Part shown: positions 43,616-53,482 of the stretch, in pieces
Position numbering within the stretch: the stretch's first letter is position 1
How the letters are laid out: each line of letters starts with the position of its first letter
Program-made: the position numbers and the translations under genes
The notes under the pieces: generated by a model
Seen by the model: the letters and a program-made list of their open reading frames with translations, nothing else
The model's database searches: none
What the model was told of the DNA's origin: nothing
Assembly: GCA_002428565.1 (NCBI GenBank)
Contig: DIXA01000058.1
Location: 51,570 to 115,569, forward strand
Direction: 5' to 3'
DNA: 64,000 nucleotides
DNA from: Anaerolineales bacterium UBA6092
GTDB lineage: Bacteria; Chloroflexota; Anaerolineae; Anaerolineales; UBA4823

Positions 43616-46600
43616 ATGCAGTGTGCAGCATGTGGAACCATAAACCCCACCCAGGCGCGTTTTTGCATGGGTTGTGGATTGCGCCTGACGGCTGGAGTGG
43701 TGTGTGGAGCGTGTCATACCCTGCTGCCGCCACAGGCGCAGTATTGCTACAACTGCGGGCAGTATGTGGGCAGCGCAGGCGCCGCGCTGTCTGGTGTTCC
43801 GTTCAATGCGGGCAGCTACGTGGCCGCCCCGCCACCGCCGGCGGCCCAGCCGGGTAGGGCCGCGCCGGTGCAGGCTGCTCAACCCGCGGCGCCCATCGCC
43901 GCTCAGCCAGCCGCCCAGGCCGTGGCGCAAGCTGCGGCGGAGTTTATTGCCGCCCAGGCCGTTTCTGCCTCTCCTGCCGCCCCTGATGAGCACCAGGTGG
44001 GCGTGCTGCCCCCCGCCAAGAAACTGGAAGAGCTGCGCGAGGCCCTGGAACCGTTCCTGACCGAAAAGCTTTACGGTCCATTGCAACGCCGTCCCAACCA
44101 GCAACAGATTGAGGCTGCCCGCGACCATCTGAAATCGATGCTGGAAACAGCCAAGACCTACCTGCCGCAGCCGGTCATTGTTTCGCCGCAGCCGGGCGGC
44201 GTGCCTGCCGGGGGCATGTACCTGGGTGCGTTCCTGTTTGTGGATGTTTCGGGCTTTACCCCGCTCTCTGAACAACTCAAGAAAGAAGGCCAGGCCGGCG
44301 CCGAAAAGATCGTTCAGATCATCAACGGCTTGTTCACCGAACTGGTGCGGGTGCTGTTTGACCACGGCGGCACGCTGCTGAAGTTCGGCGGCGATGCCAT
44401 GCTGGGGCTGTTTCAGGCCGCGGATGAGGTTGAACTGCGCGCCAGTGTGGTGCGCGCGGCCCAGGCCGCCCTGGCGATGCAAACCGTGATGCAGGCAGAG
44501 CGCTTCGCGTCCATCCAGGCGGGCGGAGAAACACGCACCCTGAAAGTGAAATGCGGCATCTCCTCCGGGCGCTATTTCGCCGCTCACATTGGCACACCAG
44601 AAATGATGTCTTTTGTCACCACCGGGCACACGGTGAACCGGGCCGAGCAAGCCGAGGGCCATGCCGAGCCAGGGCAGGTGGCCATGCTGCGCGAATCCTA
44701 TGATCTGGCCCAGGATGTGCTCGAAGTGGGCCCGGCAGAAAAAGAGCCCGATGAGAGCTACGTGCGGCTGCTGAATGTGCCGCCGCTGGCAGACAGCTCG
44801 GCGCGCTTCTCCCTGCCCGAGCCGCCCGATGGCGAGCTGATGGCGCAGCTAACCTACCTGACCGAGCGGCTGGCGCGCCTGCGTCCCTACCTGCCCGGCG
44901 AGCTGGTGGACCGCATCAAGAGCAACCCCGATACGGCGCACATTGCTCCAGATCATCGCCCGGTAACGGTGATGTTTGCCAATTATGTCGGCATCAGCGA
45001 TCTGATCCAGGATATGGGCGACAGCGAACCTGGCATCATCGTGCAACAGTTGAATGATTATTTTGTGCACATGGCGAAAATTGTCAGCCAGTACGAGGGC
45101 ACCCTGGCGCGCATGGATCAGTACGCCGTGGGCGACCGGCTGGTGATCTTCTTTGGCGCGCCGCGCGCCCATGAAGATGATCCTGTGCGGGCAGTTTCCA
45201 CCGCGTTGAGCATGCAGAAAGCCGTCTACGATCATTTCTCGGCCCTGCAAACGGTTTCGGGCATCTATCGTTTTCGCCAACGCATCGGGATCAACACCGG
45301 TCAGCTTTTTGCCGGGAATGCCGGCGCGCCGGATCTGCGCCAGGAATACACTTTGATGGGGGATGATATCAATATGGCAGCCCGCCTCATGTCTAAGGCG
45401 GGCTGGGGTGAAATCTACGTCAGCCGCAAGACCAAGGAACGCGTCTCGGCTTATTTTGATCTGGAAGATAAGGGCGAACTGAAGGTCAAGGGCAAGGAGA
45501 TTCGCATCCCTACCTACAAGGTGCTGGGGAAGCGCGGCGAAGTGGGGCAGACGCGCGGCCTGGCGGGTGGCGATTCGCCGCTGACCGGGCGCGGCGAGCA
45601 ATTGGCGCTGCTGGAGCACTGTGCCCAGAGTCTGCTGAACGGGCGCGGCCAGATCGTCTCCATCATGGGCGACAGCGGCCTGGGCAAGAGCCGCCTGACG
45701 CGTGAACTGCGGGCAGCCTTCTTTGCCAACCCGGAGGCCGAGAATGTGCGCTGGCTGGAAGGGCAGTGCATGTCCTTCTCAGAAGATATGAGCTATTTCC
45801 TGGCGGGGCAGATCGTGCTCAACCTGCTTGGGCTGGGTCCCGAAGACCGGCAGGAGGATGTGCTCTTCAACTTGTGGGAGATGGGCGAGGATCTGCTGGG
45901 CAAGGAAACGGCGCGCGAAGCCGTTCCCTTCCTGGCCAATATGCTGGGGCTGGAGCTGAAAAGCGAATGGGCAACCTGGGTGCACGAGCTGGACCCCAAA
46001 GTGCGCCTGAAACAGATCTTTTGGGCGGTGCGCGAGTTCTTTGCCGCGGCCGCGCGCAAGCAGCCCCTGGTCATCAGCCTGGACGATCTGCACTGGGCCG
46101 ACGAGAACTCGCTGGAGCTGCTAGCTGACCTGATTTCGATCAGCAACCGGGTGCCGGTGATGTTCGTCTTCGTTTTCCGCCCCATGCGGCAGAAGGGCTG
46201 CTGGACCTTGCACGAGGCAGCCGAAGAGAACTTGCACCACCGCTACACGGCGCTGGAGCTGGTGCCGTTGAGCCGCAGGCAGAGCGAGGAGATGTTGGGA
46301 CAATTGCTGCCTGGCGCCGAGCTGCCCGTTGAGGTGGTAGATGAGATATTTGCCAAATCGGCTGGCAACCCCTTCTACCTGGAAGAGGTGGTGCGCTCGA
46401 TAATGGATAGTGAGGCTGTCGTGAAGGTCAGCGCGGAGGGGGAGCCGGCGGAGTGGCGTTTCGACCCAAGCAAGTCTGGTGAGCTGCGCGTGCCCGACAG
46501 CCTGCACAGTGCCATCATCGCCCGGATTGACCGGTTGACCGAGGATGCGCGCCAGGCGCTGCAAATGGCGGCGGTGATCGGGCGGCAGTTCCAAAGCGAG

Positions 46601-48154
46601 CTGCTGCGCCACCTGGCGCATGCGGAAGCCGAGTCGAGCATTATGCTTGACCAGTTGGAACAGCATAAGCTCATCCGCCCGCTTGAAATGAGCATGGATG
46701 AGACCTTTATCTTCCCCGATGCGCTGGTGCAGGAAGTGGCCTATGAGAACCTGCTGATGCAGCGCCGCCAGGAATTCCACCTGAAGATTGCTCAGGCGCT
46801 GGAAGATTCGCTGGGCGAGCGATCTGAGGAGGAGTGCGCCTTGCTGGCGCACCATTACAGCCGCAGCTCGGATAGTAAGCGGGCCTTGCGCTACCTGGAT
46901 ATGGCTGCGCAGCGTGCCCAGGCAGCCTTTGCCAACGAAACTGCCATTTTGATGTACACGCGCCTGCTTGAAATCTTGGGCGACTCTCCCGAAGAGTGGG
47001 AGCGACGCTTTGCAGTGCTGATGCAGCTCCAGCGCGTCTATGGCATGGCAGGACGCCAAAAGGAGCGCGAGGGGCGGCTGAACGAGATGCGCCAGATCGC
47101 TGAGACGCACAGCGATGAGAACCGCCTGGCTGATGTGTTGAATGAGCTGGCTGACCTGTGCGGTTGGACCGGCCGCTACGACGAGGCGATTGCCGCCGCC
47201 GGGCAGGCGCTGGAGATCAAGGTGCGCTGCGCAGACCCGGCTGGGCAGGCCATGGCGCTGCACCAGTTAGGCGTGGTGAGCTATTACCGCAACGATTATG
47301 GCCCTGCTCGCGAGCACCTCACCAAAGCCGTGGCGCTGCGGCGCGAGCTAAATGATGCCGATGGCTTGTTGTGGAGCCTCATCTACAATTACATGATCTA
47401 CTTTATGACCGGCGAGTACGACCAGGCCATCACCTTGAATACCTCGGCCCTGGAGACAGCCCGCGCTCGCCAGGACTGGTTCCAGATCGGCATTCAGCTG
47501 ACCAACGCCGTGCGCATCAACCTGCGCCTGGGCGAGTATGAGCTTGCCGAAGAACAGCTCAAGGAATCGTTGGAGATGAAGACGCGCGTGGGCGACCGCA
47601 TTGGGCAGGGCTTTGCCCTCTTTGCCATTGGGTTGGCGAACCAGGCCCAGGGCAAGCTGGTCGAGGCGCGCCAGGCTTTCGAACAGTCGTTGGAACTGCG
47701 CCAGGTGATCGGCGACCGGCGTGGGGTGAGCTACTCCACCCAGGGGCTGGGACTGGTGGATCTGGACGAGGGCAATTTCGCCCAGGCTGCCGAGCGGCTG
47801 CGCCAGGCGTACGAGCAGCGCCAGGAGCTGGGCCTGAAGGGCGAGGCCCTGGCGGACCTGTCTTTCTTGAGCCAGGCGCTGCTGGGCAGCGGCGATACCG
47901 CGGGCGCACTCCAGGCTTCGCAGCAGGCCATGGATGGGCTGACAAGCGGCATCAAGGTGGAGGAGGTGCAGAATGTTTATCTCCATCACTACCGTGTGCT
48001 GTCACAATCAGGCCAGCCGGGCGCACAAGAAGCGCTGGCGGCGGCCCGTCAGGTGGTGCTCAGCCAGGCCGAGTGTATTGCCGATGAACATATGCGCGAG
48101 CGCTTCTTGAGCAAGGTCAAGGTGAACCGGGAGATCATGGCGCTCTCGCAGTAA
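43616..48154 (+). CDS. Double zinc-ribbon / two class-III nucleotidyl-cyclase domains / AAA(STAND, AAA_16-like) ATPase / TPR protein (1512 aa)
   Basis: AAGGAGG lies 6 nt upstream. CAACG...CMGCG and CGAC...CYNCG ribbons, then an Ala/Pro-rich linker. CYC1: FLFVDVSGFTPLSE...LKFGGDAMLGLF. CYC2: VTVMFANYVGISD...YAVGDRLVIFFGAP...LMGDDINMAARL. P-loop IMGDSGLGKSRLTREL. Walker B LVISLDDLHWADENSLELL. C-terminal TPR-like repeats (RALRYLDMAAQRAQ..., ALHQLGVVSYY..., GFALFAIGLANQ...). Confidence 0.85.
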   Translation: MQCAACGTINPTQARFCMGCGLRLTAGVVCGACHTLLPPQAQYCYNCGQYVGSAGAALSGVPFNAGSYVAAPPPPAAQPGRAAPVQAAQPAAPIAAQPAAQAVAQAAAEFIAAQAVSASPAAPDEHQVGVLPPAKKLEELREALEPFLTEKLYGPLQRRPNQQQIEAARDHLKSMLETAKTYLPQPVIVSPQPGGVPAGGMYLGAFLFVDVSGFTPLSEQLKKEGQAGAEKIVQIINGLFTELVRVLFDHGGTLLKFGGDAMLGLFQAADEVELRASVVRAAQAALAMQTVMQAERFASIQAGGETRTLKVKCGISSGRYFAAHIGTPEMMSFVTTGHTVNRAEQAEGHAEPGQVAMLRESYDLAQDVLEVGPAEKEPDESYVRLLNVPPLADSSARFSLPEPPDGELMAQLTYLTERLARLRPYLPGELVDRIKSNPDTAHIAPDHRPVTVMFANYVGISDLIQDMGDSEPGIIVQQLNDYFVHMAKIVSQYEGTLARMDQYAVGDRLVIFFGAPRAHEDDPVRAVSTALSMQKAVYDHFSALQTVSGIYRFRQRIGINTGQLFAGNAGAPDLRQEYTLMGDDINMAARLMSKAGWGEIYVSRKTKERVSAYFDLEDKGELKVKGKEIRIPTYKVLGKRGEVGQTRGLAGGDSPLTGRGEQLALLEHCAQSLLNGRGQIVSIMGDSGLGKSRLTRELRAAFFANPEAENVRWLEGQCMSFSEDMSYFLAGQIVLNLLGLGPEDRQEDVLFNLWEMGEDLLGKETAREAVPFLANMLGLELKSEWATWVHELDPKVRLKQIFWAVREFFAAAARKQPLVISLDDLHWADENSLELLADLISISNRVPVMFVFVFRPMRQKGCWTLHEAAEENLHHRYTALELVPLSRRQSEEMLGQLLPGAELPVEVVDEIFAKSAGNPFYLEEVVRSIMDSEAVVKVSAEGEPAEWRFDPSKSGELRVPDSLHSAIIARIDRLTEDARQALQMAAVIGRQFQSELLRHLAHAEAESSIMLDQLEQHKLIRPLEMSMDETFIFPDALVQEVAYENLLMQRRQEFHLKIAQALEDSLGERSEEECALLAHHYSRSSDSKRALRYLDMAAQRAQAAFANETAILMYTRLLEILGDSPEEWERRFAVLMQLQRVYGMAGRQKEREGRLNEMRQIAETHSDENRLADVLNELADLCGWTGRYDEAIAAAGQALEIKVRCADPAGQAMALHQLGVVSYYRNDYGPAREHLTKAVALRRELNDADGLLWSLIYNYMIYFMTGEYDQAITLNTSALETARARQDWFQIGIQLTNAVRINLRLGEYELAEEQLKESLEMKTRVGDRIGQGFALFAIGLANQAQGKLVEARQAFEQSLELRQVIGDRRGVSYSTQGLGLVDLDEGNFAQAAERLRQAYEQRQELGLKGEALADLSFLSQALLGSGDTAGALQASQQAMDGLTSGIKVEEVQNVYLHHYRVLSQSGQPGAQEALAAARQVVLSQAECIADEHMRERFLSKVKVNREIMALSQ

Positions 48155-48162
48155 AATAAATC

Positions 48163-48217
48163 CAGCCAAAAAGGATGTGCCGCCTGGCTTCGCCAGGCGG
48201 CACATCCTTTTTGGCTG
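48163..48217. terminator. Long bidirectional terminator-like hairpin between convergent operons
   Basis: 26-bp perfect stem: CAGCCAAAAAGGATGTGCCGCCTGGC (48163-48188) pairs with GCCAGGCGGCACATCCTTTTTGGCTG (48192-48217) across a 3-nt loop. T5/A5 tracts are embedded in both arms. It sits 8 nt after the + strand stop and 17 nt after the - strand stop. Confidence 0.8.
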
Positions 48218-48234
48218 CTAAAAATATAAAAAGG

Positions 48235-49062
48235 TCAAGATTCGCCGGATGGGGGGTCGAACACGTAGCCGCTGCCGCGCACGCTGCTGATCCAGCGCTT
48301 GCCGCCGGGCACCCGGTTGAGTTTGCGGCGCAGGCGGCTGACCAGGGGGCGCAGCACTTCGGGGGCCTCCCAATCTGTGGTCTCGTATCCCTGCGCCAGC
48401 AAAACCAGTTCGCGGTGAGCAAAAACCCGCCGGGGGCTGCGCAGGAAAACCTCCAGTAACTTGCCCTCGGTGGGGGTCAGGCGCACCAATCCGTCGGGCC
48501 AGTAGATCTCGCGCCGTTTCAGGTCAACCTGCACATCGTCCCACAACCAGTTCCATTGGGTTTCTTCGCTGGGCGGGGGTGTCTCTTCGATGCCCTTGAG
48601 GGCGCGCAGAGAGGCTTCCAACTGCTCGATCACCAGGCGCTTTTGGTTCGTCTCGGTGCGGCGGCTCAACCCGCTTTTGACGCTGTCCAGGATCTGCTGG
48701 GGGGAGGCTGGCTTGATCAGGTAATCGTGCGCACCGCAGCGCAGCGCCTGGATGGCTGATTCCAACGAGCCGTGAGCGGTGAGCAGGATGACCTGCGTAT
48801 CGGGGGCGGCGCGGGCGGCAAAGCGCAGCACCTCCAGCCCATCCACACGGGGCATTTTGAGGTCGAGCAGCACCAGGTCAAACGTCTCCTGCCCGATCAG
48901 GGCTATGGCGGCCTCACCGTCGGGGGCGGTCTGCACCTGGTAGCCTTCCAGGCGCAAGATATCTGCCAGCGAGCGGCGCATGGTTTCTTCATCATCTACC
49001 ACCAGCAGGCGGTAGGATGTGGAGGGATTGCGGGAGGGGGATTTTTTTGCGACCGGGTTCAT
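48235..49062 (-). CDS. OmpR/PhoB-type DNA-binding response regulator with an unusually long inter-domain linker
   Basis: REC: RLLVVDDEETMRR, DLVLLDLKMPRVDG, VILLTAHG, DYLIKP. About 45-aa linker. Winged helix: LTPTEGKLLEVFLRSPRRVF, VLRPLVSRLRRKL, VRGSGYVF. ATGA overlap with the upstream gene. Confidence 0.88.
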   Translation of the reverse strand: MNPVAKKSPSRNPSTSYRLLVVDDEETMRRSLADILRLEGYQVQTAPDGEAAIALIGQETFDLVLLDLKMPRVDGLEVLRFAARAAPDTQVILLTAHGSLESAIQALRCGAHDYLIKPASPQQILDSVKSGLSRRTETNQKRLVIEQLEASLRALKGIEETPPPSEETQWNWLWDDVQVDLKRREIYWPDGLVRLTPTEGKLLEVFLRSPRRVFAHRELVLLAQGYETTDWEAPEVLRPLVSRLRRKLNRVPGGKRWISSVRGSGYVFDPPSGES

Positions 49063-50807
49063 GTGTGCTCAGCTACGGGTAAGATGACCCGGAAACAGGC
49101 GCCGTGCCCGGAAGTGCGCTGGCGTCTTTCAACCAGGTCCAGGCTGCCGCCGTGGGCGGTGATGATGCCATAACTGACTGCCAGTCCCAGGCCGGTGCCT
49201 TTTTCTTTGGTGCTGACGAAAGGCTCAAAGATGTGCTTGCGCTCGTTGGGGGGCACGCCGGGGCCGGTATCTTCGAAGGTGATCTCCACGTTGGCGGGCT
49301 CCACGCTGCCAGGTGTGGCGCTTTCCGCAACGCTGTGCGTCGAGGTCAGCAGGCCGGTCTTGATATAGATCTTGCCGCCCTCGGGCATGGCTTCCATGGC
49401 GTTCAGCACCAGGTTGAGGAAAACCTGCTGCACCTGGTCGCCGACGGCCAACACGGGCGGCAGGTGCGGCGCCAGATTGGGAATGGCTTCCACATGGTGG
49501 TCAGATAGTTGCTTGTTGGCCAGCGAGAGCACCTTTTCTAGAAGAAGGTTGACATCGGTGGGCTTGCGGTCCAGGGCCGTGGGGCGGTAGTAATCCAGCA
49601 TGCGCTGGACGGTGAAGGTCAGCCGTTCCAGCTCGCTCTGGGCGGTGGAGAGGTAATCCTGGCGTTGCCGGGCGGGCAGCTCGGCGCGGCCAGCCAGGTG
49701 CAGGCAGTTCTGCACCGATTGGAGCGGGTTGTTGATCTCGTGGGCGATGGAGGCGGTGAGACGCCCGGCAATGGCCATTTTCTCGGCCTGGATGAGGGCG
49801 CGCTGCGATTCTTCTAGCTGGCGGATGTTCTCGCGCAGTTCGGCGTGCAGGCGGGCGTTTTCGAGCGCCACGGCAGCCTGGCGGGCCAGGATGATGAACA
49901 TTTCCAGGTCAGATTCGCGGAAGCGCGGCTCGTGCAGGTCTCGGGCAGCCAGCAGCACGCCGCGCAGGGCCGCACCAGCCTTGAGCACCACCGGTGCGCA
50001 CATCACTGAGCCCAGGCTGCGGCTGAGCAAAATTTCCTGCAGGGCCGGGTCGGCGGCCTCTTCACGGTGGAGCAGCAGGGGGCCGCGCAGGGTATCGGCC
50101 TGGCGGGCGATCGGCTCGGTGAGCAGGCCGGTGTCGGCGCGTTTGCGCTCTGATTGGCTGTCTAGCGGCGATGCGCTGCCCGGGTGCAGGCTGGCCACCA
50201 GGCGCATGCCGCCGGTAGTCCGTTCGCCCTTGGCGAGGGCTGCGCCGGGGGCGCTGCGCGCCTGGTAAAACTCGGCATGACTGCAGTGCAGGTGCCCGCA
50301 GACCGCCTCCAGGATCAAGGATTGCAGGCGGCGCGGGTTGGTCTCGGTGAAGAGCGATTCGGTTACATTGAAAAGCGGGCGCAGGGCTTGCAGGCGCAGC
50401 ACATCTTGCTTGCTCTGGCTTTGCTGCAGGGCGCGGCGCACGCTTTGCACCAACTCTCCGCCGGTGAACGGCTTGAGGATCAGCCCATCGGCGCCGCGGC
50501 GCAGCGCCTCGATGGCGGTATCGACGGTGCCAAAGCCGGTCATCACCACCACAGCTACATCGGGGTGGCTGCGGCGGGCGCTTTCGATCACCTGGAAGCC
50601 GTCTGCGCCGGGCATGCGTATATCCACCAGGAGCAGGTCCAGGCGTTGTTCTTCCAGGATTTCCAGCACGTGCAGCGGATCATTGAAGGTCTGCACCTGA
50701 AAGCTTGCGCGCTCTAACAGGCGCTGGCATAGGCGCAGGATGCCCGGCTCATCGTCAACCACAAAGACGGTGTGACGCAGAGAAGAGGGGGGGCTTTCGC
50801 TATCCAT
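49059..50807 (-). CDS. Hybrid REC-GAF-HisKA-HATPase_c histidine kinase
   Basis: I chose ATG 50807 (8-nt overlap with the upstream TAG at 50800-50802); the ORF-track start is 50876. REC: VFVVDDEPGILRL, DLLLVDIRMPGADG, VVVMTGFG, LILKP. GAF-like middle region (...LGSVMCAPVVLKAGAALRGVLLAARDL...). H-box IAGRLTASIAHEINNPLQSV. G-box GTGLGLAVSYGIITAHGGS. Confidence 0.86.
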   Translation of the reverse strand: MDSESPPSSLRHTVFVVDDEPGILRLCQRLLERASFQVQTFNDPLHVLEILEEQRLDLLLVDIRMPGADGFQVIESARRSHPDVAVVVMTGFGTVDTAIEALRRGADGLILKPFTGGELVQSVRRALQQSQSKQDVLRLQALRPLFNVTESLFTETNPRRLQSLILEAVCGHLHCSHAEFYQARSAPGAALAKGERTTGGMRLVASLHPGSASPLDSQSERKRADTGLLTEPIARQADTLRGPLLLHREEAADPALQEILLSRSLGSVMCAPVVLKAGAALRGVLLAARDLHEPRFRESDLEMFIILARQAAVALENARLHAELRENIRQLEESQRALIQAEKMAIAGRLTASIAHEINNPLQSVQNCLHLAGRAELPARQRQDYLSTAQSELERLTFTVQRMLDYYRPTALDRKPTDVNLLLEKVLSLANKQLSDHHVEAIPNLAPHLPPVLAVGDQVQQVFLNLVLNAMEAMPEGGKIYIKTGLLTSTHSVAESATPGSVEPANVEITFEDTGPGVPPNERKHIFEPFVSTKEKGTGLGLAVSYGIITAHGGSLDLVERRQRTSGHGACFRVILPVAEHT

Positions 50808-53454
50808 CGGCCTCGGCGCTTTCTTCGGGCAGGTATACGGTGAAGCAGGAGCCCTGGCCAACCTGGCTGCTGACATCGATCAGCCCGCCGTGGCTGGAGA
50901 TGATGCCATAGGAGACGGATAAGCCCAGTCCGGTGCCTTTGCCTGCCGGGCGGGTGGTGAAGAAGGGCTCGAAGAGACGTTCCAGGTTCTCCGGCGGGAT
51001 GCCGTCGCCGCGGTCGCGGATGGCGATGCCGAGCATATCTTGCGTTTGCCCGCCCCATTCGCGTTTCTCCTGAAAGGTGCGGATCAGCAGGGGGCCGCCG
51101 TGGGGCATGGCCTGTAGGCCGTTGTGCACCAGGTTGAGCAGTACCTGCTTGATCTGGTTCGGGTCGAGCGAGATCCAGGGCAGGCCTTCGCTCAGCTCGG
51201 TGGTGATGGTAATGTTGTTGGTGCGCGCCAGGTGGTCCACCAGAGGCAGCACCTGCACGATCAACTCGTTGACATCTGCGCGCACGCGCTGGTCTTCCAC
51301 TGGGCGGGAGAAATCGAGCAGGCGGCGCACTACGCCGCGCGCCCGGTGAGCCTCCTCCAGCACCAGCTCCAGGTCGGCGCGCTGGGGGGCATCGGCGGGC
51401 AGGTCTTCTAGCACCAGCTCCACAAAGCCGGTGACGGTGGTGAGGGGGTTGTTGAGCTCGTGGGCCACCCCGGCGGCCATCTCGCCCACGGCAGCCAGGC
51501 GCGCCGAGCGCACCAGGCGCGCTTCGGCCAACTGCTGGGCGCGGATGCGCTCTTGCAGTTCCTGGTACAGGCGGGCATTGCGGATGGAGATGGCGGCCTG
51601 CGGGGCGAGCAGTTCCAGAAGCTGTACATCTTCGCTTTGGAAGGTTCGATCGGGGCGGTCGTCCAGCACGGTGAGTGTGCCGATCACCTCACCGCGGTAT
51701 TTCAGCGGCACGCCCGCCACGGCGTGAAAGCCCACCTGCCGGTGGGGCAGCAGGCGGCCGCTCCAGGTGTTGTAATCGCTGACCACGATCGGCTCGCCAA
51801 AGGCCGCCAGCCGCCCGGCTACCCCCGCCATGAGCGGGATCTGGATGCCCTGGATATTATCCCAGGGGGTGTCGGAGACCACGATCTCAACCAGTTGGGT
51901 TTTTTCATTATACAGGCCCAGTTCAGCGCCACGCGCCCCCACCAGGTTGCGAGCGCGCTGCGCCACACGTTCCAGCAGGGTGTCCAGGTCCAGATCTGCG
52001 GCAATATCCAGCGAGGTGTCGCGCACGGCCTGCAATTGGCGCACTGAGTCTTGCAGTTTTTGGGCGCGCTCGCGTGTCTCCTCGTTCAGGCGCACATTCT
52101 CGAACAGCCCGGCCATGTGGCTGGCGATGACCACCAGCAACTGCTCGTCTTGCTGCGAGAAGGCGTTACTGTCATTCGATACCAGCACCAGCGCGCCGAT
52201 GACGCGGCCGCGGTACTTGAGCGGCACAGCCAGCTCGGAGCGGATCTCGGCGTGCAGGGGGTAATAGCGCTCGGCGGTGCGCACATCGCCAGAGCGGATG
52301 GGCAGGCCGGTTTGCACCGAGAGGCCCATCAGGCTGGATTCGACCGGGATGGACCAGGCCGGCCCGGCCCGGAAGCCGCCGCCGAACTCGTGCAGGGTTT
52401 TGTCATCGGCAGAGAGCAGCAGCACCGCGGCCCAATCGGTTTTAAAGGTGCGGCGCAGGCGCAGCATCACCCGGCGGGCAAACTCGTCTTTATCCACGCC
52501 CAGGGAGGCGGTGGAGGCCAGCTCATTGAGCAGGGCCATCTGCTGCAAGTAGCGCGCTACCTCGTTAAAGATGAGGGCGCTTTCCACGTTATAGGCCAGG
52601 CGTTCTACCTGCAGGGTGGTTTTCTGCAAATGCTCGGGGCCGAACACGCCCGCATGCGCTGAGATGAAGGCCGCAAAGCCGATCATGCGCTGGCCCACCT
52701 GGATGGGCACACCCATCCAGGAGCGGCTTTCGGGATCAACCACCCGGCGCAGGGCAAAGGCTGGCTCTGCTTGCAGGTCGGGGCGCAGTACGCCGCAGCG
52801 CCCGGCGATCATTTCGTCCAGCGGGGCGTCTTCGTGGATGGGGATATCGAAGCCCTGCGCGGCGGGGGGACATTTCCAGGCGGCCTGGATGCGGAACACA
52901 TCGCCGTAGCGGATGGCCAGGTAGGCGCAGTGGCAGGTGGTTTGCCCTGCCAGGAACTCGAGGATGTTTTGCAGGGCGCTCTGTGGGTCGTATGAGGCTT
53001 CCAGCCCGGTTTCCAGCGGCCACAGTGGCTGCTGCATGGCCTCGGCATAGGGCACGGGCTCAGGGCTGGGTTGGGGCGGCGCATCGGAGTAGGAGGCCAG
53101 GATGCGGAACAGGCCTTCGCCGGGCTTGTCCAGCAGGTCTGCGCCAACCAGCAACACGTTGGAGATGGCAGCGTTGGGCAGGGCATACAGGCGCTGCACA
53201 CCCAGTCGGGGGGCATCCGCGCCGGTGGCGCGCCAGCGCAGCCGCCCGCTGCTGAGCGCCCCAGCCAGCCAGGCGGCGTGGCGCCCGTCTTGCAGATAGG
53301 CCAGTACGGCTTTCTGGCGCGCCTGGCTCAACCCCGCTTGTGCGCTGACCTGCCATTGGTCATCCTGGCGCGCCAGCCAGGCAGCCCAACGCGCACCGCT
53401 GGCGCGGCAGGCCTGGCGCAGAGAGACGCTTTGTTCGATCATCCGGGTGGGCAT
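50800..53454 (-). CDS. Cytoplasmic multi-GAF (about 4) sensor histidine kinase
   Basis: Start is ATG 53454 or ATG 53442 (AAGGA 11 nt upstream). The ORF-track start at 53601 runs through an AT-rich hairpin-containing intergenic region and is unlikely. GAF blocks end at ...ALIFNEVARYL, ...MAGLFENVRLNEE, ...AAISIRNARLYQEL. H-box LAAVGEMAAGVAHELNNPLTTV. G-box GTGLGLSVSYGIISSHGG. Confidence 0.85.
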   Translation of the reverse strand: MPTRMIEQSVSLRQACRASGARWAAWLARQDDQWQVSAQAGLSQARQKAVLAYLQDGRHAAWLAGALSSGRLRWRATGADAPRLGVQRLYALPNAAISNVLLVGADLLDKPGEGLFRILASYSDAPPQPSPEPVPYAEAMQQPLWPLETGLEASYDPQSALQNILEFLAGQTTCHCAYLAIRYGDVFRIQAAWKCPPAAQGFDIPIHEDAPLDEMIAGRCGVLRPDLQAEPAFALRRVVDPESRSWMGVPIQVGQRMIGFAAFISAHAGVFGPEHLQKTTLQVERLAYNVESALIFNEVARYLQQMALLNELASTASLGVDKDEFARRVMLRLRRTFKTDWAAVLLLSADDKTLHEFGGGFRAGPAWSIPVESSLMGLSVQTGLPIRSGDVRTAERYYPLHAEIRSELAVPLKYRGRVIGALVLVSNDSNAFSQQDEQLLVVIASHMAGLFENVRLNEETRERAQKLQDSVRQLQAVRDTSLDIAADLDLDTLLERVAQRARNLVGARGAELGLYNEKTQLVEIVVSDTPWDNIQGIQIPLMAGVAGRLAAFGEPIVVSDYNTWSGRLLPHRQVGFHAVAGVPLKYRGEVIGTLTVLDDRPDRTFQSEDVQLLELLAPQAAISIRNARLYQELQERIRAQQLAEARLVRSARLAAVGEMAAGVAHELNNPLTTVTGFVELVLEDLPADAPQRADLELVLEEAHRARGVVRRLLDFSRPVEDQRVRADVNELIVQVLPLVDHLARTNNITITTELSEGLPWISLDPNQIKQVLLNLVHNGLQAMPHGGPLLIRTFQEKREWGGQTQDMLGIAIRDRGDGIPPENLERLFEPFFTTRPAGKGTGLGLSVSYGIISSHGGLIDVSSQVGQGSCFTVYLPEESAEADG

Positions 53455-53482
53455 CCTTGCGCTGATTATAGCATAGCGGTAG

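Noticed and set aside
43478-47263. Minus-strand ORFs 43478-44662 (394 aa), 44849-45619 (256 aa) and 46121-47263 (380 aa), antisense to the cyclase-STAND-TPR gene
   Set aside because: Same reasoning. The sense frame has cyclase, P-loop and TPR signatures throughout, and the antisense products are Arg/Gln/His/Leu-rich with no motifs.
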